Shown one piece after another: positions 57,408 through 64,000 of a DNA stretch of 64,000 nucleotides. Every line of letters begins with the position of its first letter. Positions within the stretch are counted from its first letter, which is position 1. Both the position numbers and the translations under genes were made by a program. This stretch comes from Minisyncoccota bacterium (GTDB taxonomy: Bacteria; Patescibacteriota; Minisyncoccia; Phycocordibacterales; UBA9973), in the NCBI GenBank assembly GCA_041650615.1, contig JBAZKU010000001.1, positions 91,763 through 155,762 of the forward strand. The letters run 5' to 3'. The notes beneath the pieces are model-generated. The model was not told the DNA's origin. It searched no databases and saw nothing but the letters and a program-made list of their open reading frames with translations.

Positions 57408-59672
57408 ATGAAATTATTAATCGTTGAATCGCCATCAAAAGCAAAGACCATTGAGAAATATCTCGAGGGTGTTTATACTGTGCGCGCATCTGTCGGGCAT
57501 ATCCGCGATTTACCGAAATCAAATAAGCAAGCGATAGACATAGAAGGCGGGTTCATACCGCATTATGAAGTTTCCAAAGGCAAGGAAAAAATTATACATG
57601 AACTCCGATCTCTTGGAGAAAAAGCTAGTGAAATACTTTTAGCCACAGACCCTGATCGCGAAGGAGAAGCGATAGCTTGGCATATTGAAGAATTATTGAA
57701 TAAAGATCCCGAAGGAAAGCAAGTTTCCTACGGGGCGGGTAAAAAAAAAGCTTCTATAAAAAGAGTTAGATTTTATGAAATAACCGAGGAAGCAGTAAAA
57801 GAAGCCTTGAAGTACCCTGAAGAAATTGATATGAAGCTAGTAAAAGCTCAAGAAGCTAGACGAGTATTAGACAGACTTGTCGGTTATGATCTTTCGGGAC
57901 TTATTTGGAAAAAAGTACGTTATGGACTTTCTGCAGGGCGAGTTCAATCCCCTGCGCTTCGCATAATAATGGAACGCGAACGTGAGATTCGCGCTTTTGT
58001 TCCGGAACAGTATTGGAAATTATTCGGTCTCTTTGAAACTCAAAAAAAGGGAAAATTGACCCTTTTTTGTTCAGAAGAACCTAAAAATGAAAAATTGGTT
58101 GAAAAAATACTTGAAGAAGGGAAAAAAGGAAATTGGCTGGTAAAAGAAGTAAAAGAATCCGAACAAAAAAGAATTCCTCGGGCTCCATTCACTACTTCTA
58201 CTTTGCAACAAACAGCAAGCTCACGGCTTGGTTATTCCCCTTCTAGAACAATGCAAATAGCGCAAAAACTTTATGAAGCTGGACATATTACATATATGAG
58301 AACGGATAGTACAAATCTGTCCTCGGCCGCGCAAGCGCAAATCGTTTCCCTTATTAATAAAAAATATGGAAATGAATATGCTTTACCACGAGCTTATAAG
58401 GCTAGATCTAAAAATGCCCAAGAAGCGCATGAAGCAATTCGCCCGACCCATATAGAAAATTTAGGAGCTGGTACTGAGGAGCAGCAAAGACTTTACAAAT
58501 TGATTTGGGAACGCGCTGTATCTTCACAAATGGCTGATGCAAAATTATTAAAAACAAAAATAAACGCAAATATTTCTCCAGATGCACCTATTCCTGATTT
58601 TACAGCTACCGGTTCACGGATTCTTTTTCCCGGATGGCTTCTTGTGGATAAAGATAGTGTGGGAGAGGACATAGAATTGCCGGAAGTAAAGAAAGGAGAA
58701 AAATTAAAATTGTTGAATCTGATAAAAGAAGAAAAATTTACTGAGCCACCTAATAGATACAGTGAAGCGGGCCTAATAAAGGAACTGGAGGCGAGAGATA
58801 TAGGCCGGCCATCTACATATGCTTCCATAATGAAAACACTGGAAGACAGAGAATATGTAAAAAAAGAAGGTAAAACTCTCTACCCTACCGATGTCGGCGA
58901 AGTCGTATCTGATTTTCTGGAAAAATATTTTGCTAATTATATTTCCGATACTTTTACAGCAGAAATGGAAGATGAATTGGATGAAATTTCCAGAGGTGAA
59001 CGCGAATATGAAAAAACACTTAAAGATTTTTATGGACCATTTTCCAAAGATGTAAAATCAAAAGAAAAATTAGAAAAAGCGACTAATTTGGGCGATGCCC
59101 CGGAAAATATAAAATGTCCAAAATGTGGAAGTAAAATGATTATTAAACTTTCCCGCGGAGGCAAGTTTTATTCTTGTTCAAGATATCCTGATTGCGACGG
59201 CGCATTAATGATAGATGGAACGGAGTTAAAGGGTCCGAAAGAAACAGGAGAAATGTGTCCGCTATGCGGCCTGCCTGCGCAGGCAGGAGAAAAAAAGAAA
59301 AAAAACTATGGTGGTAAACTTATTATCCGAGAAAGACGCGATGGAAGCGGAACTTTTATTTCTTGTTCACGTTATCCAAAATGCAAGTTTATTAAAAAAG
59401 ATGAAGCAGAAGAAGCCAAAAAAAGGACAGGTATTATTTGTCCTTTGTGTAAAAAGGGAGATATAACTGAACGGCGCGGAAGGTTCGGTATATTTTATTC
59501 TTGTTCAAATTATCCCGATTGTAAATTTGCCATGAAAGCAAAACCTACCGGTAGAATATGCGACAAATGCGGTTCTTTAATGATGGAGGGAACAAAAACT
59601 ATCCCCGAAAGATGCAGTAACAAGTCTTGCTCAAACCATAATCCTCATAAAATATCAAAAATTGATAAATAA
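57408..59672 (+). CDS. topA: DNA topoisomerase I
   Basis: VESPSKAK, TDPDREGE, SAGRVQ, ITYMRTDS, C-terminal zinc ribbons. Confidence 0.99.
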   Translation: MKLLIVESPSKAKTIEKYLEGVYTVRASVGHIRDLPKSNKQAIDIEGGFIPHYEVSKGKEKIIHELRSLGEKASEILLATDPDREGEAIAWHIEELLNKDPEGKQVSYGAGKKKASIKRVRFYEITEEAVKEALKYPEEIDMKLVKAQEARRVLDRLVGYDLSGLIWKKVRYGLSAGRVQSPALRIIMEREREIRAFVPEQYWKLFGLFETQKKGKLTLFCSEEPKNEKLVEKILEEGKKGNWLVKEVKESEQKRIPRAPFTTSTLQQTASSRLGYSPSRTMQIAQKLYEAGHITYMRTDSTNLSSAAQAQIVSLINKKYGNEYALPRAYKARSKNAQEAHEAIRPTHIENLGAGTEEQQRLYKLIWERAVSSQMADAKLLKTKINANISPDAPIPDFTATGSRILFPGWLLVDKDSVGEDIELPEVKKGEKLKLLNLIKEEKFTEPPNRYSEAGLIKELEARDIGRPSTYASIMKTLEDREYVKKEGKTLYPTDVGEVVSDFLEKYFANYISDTFTAEMEDELDEISRGEREYEKTLKDFYGPFSKDVKSKEKLEKATNLGDAPENIKCPKCGSKMIIKLSRGGKFYSCSRYPDCDGALMIDGTELKGPKETGEMCPLCGLPAQAGEKKKKNYGGKLIIRERRDGSGTFISCSRYPKCKFIKKDEAEEAKKRTGIICPLCKKGDITERRGRFGIFYSCSNYPDCKFAMKAKPTGRICDKCGSLMMEGTKTIPERCSNKSCSNHNPHKISKIDK
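57708..57739 (+). repeat. GC-rich hairpin insert in the topA Toprim loop
   Basis: cccgaaggaaa-gcaag-tttcctacggg-gcggg; PEGKQVSYGAG. Confidence 0.55.
59270..59287. mobile_element. 18-bp perfect palindrome, in frame in a topA zinc ribbon
   Basis: cctgcctgcgcaggcagg; CPLCG-LPAQAG. Confidence 0.8.
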
Positions 59673-59695
59673 GGAGGCCATAGTATAATAAAACT

Positions 59696-61162
59696 ATGGC
59701 AAGTGTAAAAGAAATAACGGACCTTATGAAAGGAGGAGTAAATAAAGGAGAGGAAGAGCTCATAAAAAAGGCTTATGAATTGGCGGAGCGCGCGCACTCG
59801 GGGCAAAAAAGAATGAGTGGAGAGCCATATTTTATCCATGTTTTTGAAACAGCCAAAACACTGGCTAAATTCGGGATGGATACTCCGACTATAGTTGCCG
59901 GACTTTTACATGATGTGTTGGAAGATACAAAAATTACCGAAGAAGAGATGAGAAAAGAATTCGGAGAAGATATTGTTTTTTTAGTAAAAGGGGTAACTAA
60001 ACTGGGAACTCTGAAGTATCACGGACACGAACAGCATGTGGAAAGTTTAAGAAAATTTTTCGTGGCAATGACGAACGATTTACGGGTAGTTATTATAAAA
60101 TTTGCTGACAGATTACATAATTTGCAAACCCTTCAATTCATACCGGAAGAAAAAAGAAAAAGAATAGCCATGGAATCAATAGAAGTCTATGCTCCATTAG
60201 CTAACCGTTTGGGAATGGGAAAATTGAAAGGTGAAATAGAAGATGCCGCCTTCCCTTTCGCTTTTCCGAAAGAATACGCGCAAATAGAAGAAATAATAGA
60301 GAAAGGAAAAAAAATATATGAAAAAAATTTGGAAGAAATTCATCGGGAACTTAAAAAAGAATTATATAAAAACAAAGTGAAAGTGGTTGAAATTAATTAT
60401 CGGATGAAACATAAATACAGTTTGTGGAAAAAACTTCTCAAACGTGAAATGGATATAGAAAAAATTTACGATATAGTGGCCCTTCGCGTAGTAGTAGAAA
60501 GTGTGGAAGAATGTTATAGAGTTTTGGGTATTATCCATTCCATTTGGAGGCCTCTGCCAGGCAGAATTAAGGATTATATAGCCGTGCCAAAACCCAATGG
60601 TTATCGTTCCATTCATACTACTATTTTTACCGGCGCGGGAGGAGTAGCGGAAATTCAGATAAGAACTAAAGAAATGCATGCCGAAGCGGCTTATGGTGTT
60701 GCCGCGCATTTTGCTTACAAAGAAAAAGGTAAAAAAATTCATGATGAAAAATCAAAGTTTAAATGGATTGAAGAATTAAAGAATTTTAATCATGAATTTA
60801 ATGAACCCAAAAAGTATTTAGAACACTTAAAAACGGATTTTTTCAATAATCGCATTTTTATTTTTACTCCTAAGGGTGATGTTATTGATTTGCCGGAAGA
60901 TTCCAGTCCGATAGATTTTGCTTATTCCATTCACTCGGATATTGGCGATCACATTTCTGGAACAAAAGTAAACGGTAAAATAGCCCCGATTCTTTCAAAA
61001 TTAAAAAATGGGGATATTGTGGAAATAATAACTAAAAAAGATTCACATCCGTCCAGTAAATGGTTGGAATATTCAAAAACGAATATAGCCAAAAAGAATA
61101 TAAGATCTTATGTGGAAAAAAATAGCTTACTTTCCAAACTTAAGTCCTTCGGTAGTAGTTAA
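59696..61162 (+). CDS. RelA/SpoT (p)ppGpp synthetase/hydrolase, short form (HD + synthetase + TGS)
   Basis: HSGQKR..GEPY..H, LHDVLED, DRLHN, PKPNGYRSIH, EIQIRT, FTPKG. Confidence 0.93.
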   Translation: MASVKEITDLMKGGVNKGEEELIKKAYELAERAHSGQKRMSGEPYFIHVFETAKTLAKFGMDTPTIVAGLLHDVLEDTKITEEEMRKEFGEDIVFLVKGVTKLGTLKYHGHEQHVESLRKFFVAMTNDLRVVIIKFADRLHNLQTLQFIPEEKRKRIAMESIEVYAPLANRLGMGKLKGEIEDAAFPFAFPKEYAQIEEIIEKGKKIYEKNLEEIHRELKKELYKNKVKVVEINYRMKHKYSLWKKLLKREMDIEKIYDIVALRVVVESVEECYRVLGIIHSIWRPLPGRIKDYIAVPKPNGYRSIHTTIFTGAGGVAEIQIRTKEMHAEAAYGVAAHFAYKEKGKKIHDEKSKFKWIEELKNFNHEFNEPKKYLEHLKTDFFNNRIFIFTPKGDVIDLPEDSSPIDFAYSIHSDIGDHISGTKVNGKIAPILSKLKNGDIVEIITKKDSHPSSKWLEYSKTNIAKKNIRSYVEKNSLLSKLKSFGSS

Positions 61163-62127
61163 ACGTTGAAACTGGAAATATCATAAAGTTTGGAGTCATC
61201 TTCTTTTATTTCTTCTTTTGTTCTATCGTCTAGGGGAGTTTCGCTTATTTCAGTATTCTTAGCAATATAATTCTCCAACATTTCCCCCGGTTTCTTTTCA
61301 GTGACTGATTTATTTATTAAGTCTAAAATTTGACGCAAATCTTCGGTGGAGAAAAAATCTATTTTAATTTGTCCCCCTAGTTCTTTTCTATCTATATGAA
61401 CGCGAGTACCTAACTTATCTTGAAATTCTTCTTCTAGTTCTGTTATTTCCGGGTCTGGTATAAATTCTTTCTTGCGCACGCGATCATAAGCTATTTTTCT
61501 AGCTAATCTTTCTGCCTCACGCACAGTTATTTTTTTGTATAGAATTTCTTTAAATAAAACTATTTGCTCTTCAGGGTGGTCAGCAAGCATTAAGATTGGT
61601 CGAGTATGGCCTTCAGTAATTTTACCCTCGCCTAAAGCGCTTAATATTTCTTCAGATAAAGACAAGATACGCAAAGTATTTGAAACATATTCTCTGCTTC
61701 TGCCTATTTTTTTAGCAATTTCGCTATGAGTAAATTTAAATTCATTTGCCAATCTAAAAAAAGCGCGAGCGCGATCAACTACGTTTAGATCTTCACGTTG
61801 TAAGTTTTCTATGATAGCAAGTTCAAGTTTCATCATAGAAGTATCCCCTGTACGGATTATGACTGGTATTTGTAATACTTGAGCTATCTTAGCCGCGCGA
61901 AGCCTGCGTTCCCCGGCGATAAGTTCATATTCCGTATTTAAACCGCCATCTTCTTTTTCCAATTCTACACGAGAAACTATCAACGGCTGAAGTACTCCGT
62001 ATTGTTTTATGGAATCAGCCAAATCTTGCAAACGAGCCTCGTCAAAATCTCGCCTTGGTTGATATGGATTTGGTTTTACTTTGTCAGTATCAATCCAGAA
62101 AATTGAGTTGGAATATAAGTTAGACAT
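61159..62127 (-). CDS. parB: Chromosome partitioning protein ParB
   Basis: PNPYQPR, IAGERRLRA, ENLQREDL. Confidence 0.96.
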   Translation of the reverse strand: MSNLYSNSIFWIDTDKVKPNPYQPRRDFDEARLQDLADSIKQYGVLQPLIVSRVELEKEDGGLNTEYELIAGERRLRAAKIAQVLQIPVIIRTGDTSMMKLELAIIENLQREDLNVVDRARAFFRLANEFKFTHSEIAKKIGRSREYVSNTLRILSLSEEILSALGEGKITEGHTRPILMLADHPEEQIVLFKEILYKKITVREAERLARKIAYDRVRKKEFIPDPEITELEEEFQDKLGTRVHIDRKELGGQIKIDFFSTEDLRQILDLINKSVTEKKPGEMLENYIAKNTEISETPLDDRTKEEIKEDDSKLYDISSFNV

Positions 62128-62212
62128 TGTTCTATTCTAGCATATTAAAAATTTTTTATTAAATTGATTTTTAAACCTTTTTTGTGTAAAATGTGTGAAT
62201 TGCTCTTGTTTT

Positions 62213-62296
62213 GCCCAGGTGGCGGAATTGGTAGACGCGATAGACTCAAAATCTATTGATGGCAACATCATGAGAGTTCAATTCTCTCCCTGGGCA
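62213..62296 (+). tRNA. tRNA-Leu(CAA)
   Basis: gcccagg acceptor stem, ataga-ct-CAA-aa-tctat anticodon arm, long variable arm. Confidence 0.95.
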
Positions 62297-62328
62297 CTAA
62301 ACTGAAAGTTTTGTGAGTCCGCAAATAT

Positions 62329-63660
62329 ATGAAAAAGATAAAAGAAACCGAAAATAAAATAATAGATTTTAAAATTACCGGAGGAAAGCAATTACACGGC
62401 GGTATTACCACCGGTTTTTCCAAAAACGGATCCGTCGGACTTTTATGCGCTTCTCTTTTAAATAAAGGAACAACAACCTTACATGGTATTGCTTGTATTG
62501 AAGAAACGCATAGAGTAATTGAAATTTTAAAAAGTATCGGAGTCTCCATTAAGTGGGTTGGTAAAAATTCAGTTAAAATTGTTCCACCCAGAATTTTCGA
62601 TATGAAGAAAATAAACCGGGAATCCGCCATAAAAACCCGTTCTATTATTATGTTCCTAGGCCCCCTGGTTCATGTCTTAAAGAGTTTTTATTTGCCTCAT
62701 GCCGAAGGATGCAAGCTTGGAAAAAGAACTATCAGCGCTCACAGTTATGCTCTGGAAGAGCTTGGTATAAAAATAAAAACAACCAACACAAGTTATAATG
62801 TTTCTTTGAGAAAACTTAAACCGGCAAATATTGTAATGTATGAATCTGGCGATACCGCTTGCGAAAACGCTCTGATGGTAGCCGCTAAAATCCCAGGCAG
62901 AACTATTATAGAATGCGCCAGTGGAAATTATATGGTTCAGGAAATATGTTTTTTTCTGCAAACTTTGGGTGTAAAAATTGAAGGCATCGGTACTGGAACT
63001 TTAATAATTGATGGAATTGCGGAAATCAATAAAAATATTGAATATTCAAACAGTGAAGACCCGATTGAATCAATGATGTTCATTTCTGCCGCTATCGTTA
63101 CGGATTCGCATCTCAAAATTAAAAGGTGTCCAATAGATTTCCTCACTCTTGAGCTTTATAAATTAAAAAAAATGGGTTTGAAATATAAAACCCTAAAAAA
63201 ATATTTTTCGTATAATGGAAAAACAAAACTAATTGATATTGAAATTTTTCCAAGCAAATTAAAAGCGCCGCCGGACAAAATTCACGCTAATCCGTATCCG
63301 GGAATAAATATTGACAATCTTCCTTTTTTTGTCCCTATTGCTGTTCGGGCAAAAGGTACCACGCTTATTCATGATTGGTTTTATGAAAATCGGGCAATAT
63401 ATTCCACCGAATTAAATCGCCTAGGAGCAGATGTCACTTTAGCTGATCCTCATCGAATTTATGTTCAAGGTGGAACACCTTTAAAATCTGCCCAAGTAGT
63501 TTGTCCACCTGCCTTGCGTCCATCGATGGTAATCCTCATATCAATGCTTGCTGCCGAAGGTACATCAATACTCCGTAATGTTTATATGATTAATCGCGGT
63601 TATGAAGAAATAGCTAAGCGCCTAAACTCCATAGGCGCGAATATTAAAATCTTGAAATAA
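62329..63660 (+). CDS. murA: UDP-N-acetylglucosamine 1-carboxyvinyltransferase
   Basis: SKN, GCKLGKR, PYPG, ENR, INRGYE. Confidence 0.93.
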   Translation: MKKIKETENKIIDFKITGGKQLHGGITTGFSKNGSVGLLCASLLNKGTTTLHGIACIEETHRVIEILKSIGVSIKWVGKNSVKIVPPRIFDMKKINRESAIKTRSIIMFLGPLVHVLKSFYLPHAEGCKLGKRTISAHSYALEELGIKIKTTNTSYNVSLRKLKPANIVMYESGDTACENALMVAAKIPGRTIIECASGNYMVQEICFFLQTLGVKIEGIGTGTLIIDGIAEINKNIEYSNSEDPIESMMFISAAIVTDSHLKIKRCPIDFLTLELYKLKKMGLKYKTLKKYFSYNGKTKLIDIEIFPSKLKAPPDKIHANPYPGINIDNLPFFVPIAVRAKGTTLIHDWFYENRAIYSTELNRLGADVTLADPHRIYVQGGTPLKSAQVVCPPALRPSMVILISMLAAEGTSILRNVYMINRGYEEIAKRLNSIGANIKILK

Positions 63661-63696
63661 AACAAGTGAGGATATATTTTAATCATTTTTTGAAAA

Positions 63697-64000
63697 ATGA
63701 AAAAAGTTATTGTAATATTAGGACTTACAGCCACCGGGAAAAGCGACTTAGCGGTTAAAATAGCCAAAAAAGTTGACAGCGAGGTTATTTCGGCTGATTC
63801 TAGACAAGTTTACAAAGGACTTGATATTGGTACAGGGAAAATCACTAAGAAAGAGATGAAGGGAATTCCTCATTATTTGCTTGATGTAGTAAACCCTAAA
63901 CGTAAATTTACCGTTGCAGAATATCAAAAAAAAGCCATCTACGCTATTGCTGAGATTATAAAAAAAGGCAAAATTCCAATTATTTGCGGAGGTGCCGGAT
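63697..64000 (+). CDS. miaA: tRNA dimethylallyltransferase (partial, runs off window end)
   Basis: MKKVIVILGLTATGKS..ISADSRQVYKGLDIGTGK..PHYLLD. Confidence 0.95.
   Translation, partial: MKKVIVILGLTATGKSDLAVKIAKKVDSEVISADSRQVYKGLDIGTGKITKKEMKGIPHYLLDVVNPKRKFTVAEYQKKAIYAIAEIIKKGKIPIICGGAG

Noticed and set aside
59696-61162. Short RelA/SpoT and short AspS as pseudogenes
   Set aside because: Catalytic motifs are intact and the frames are uninterrupted; domain loss is consistent with genome reduction.
62268-62630. ORFs overlapping tRNA genes (also 51550-51777)
   Set aside because: They are antisense readings of tRNA and adjacent coding sequence.

Overview
AT-rich chromosomal window from a small-genome bacterium. 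Gene content (short AspS, short Rel, SWIB protein, paired TrwB/TraD-like ATPases, Cys-rich paralogs, few Shine-Dalgarno sites) suggests Patescibacteria/CPR, probably Parcubacteria; this is an inference. Most genes are housekeeping: dnaK, dnaJ, five aminoacyl-tRNA synthetases, dnaB, recR, dnaX, topA, parB, scpAB, mraY-ftsW-murG, mrdA, murA, three ribosomal proteins and two tRNAs. Accessory content includes a methylase/MutH-like nuclease pair, a MacAB-like ABC exporter and a RAYT transposase flanked by inverted REP palindromes. The most striking feature is about 30 small hairpin elements, many with CCYG...CRGG termini, in three contexts: (i) placed exactly at start codons, often duplicating the ATG, with covarying stems and an alternative internal pairing site; (ii) inserted in frame in conserved proteins (RecR, ScpB, DnaX, TopA, DprA, Dus and others) in lengths that are multiples of 3; (iii) intergenic, with a conserved GC-rich core but locus-specific inverted arms. 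Also notable are a Trp-rich mini-ORF behind trpS, widespread apparent leaderless promoters and several unannotated small ORFs. All calls were made by eye; no searches were run.
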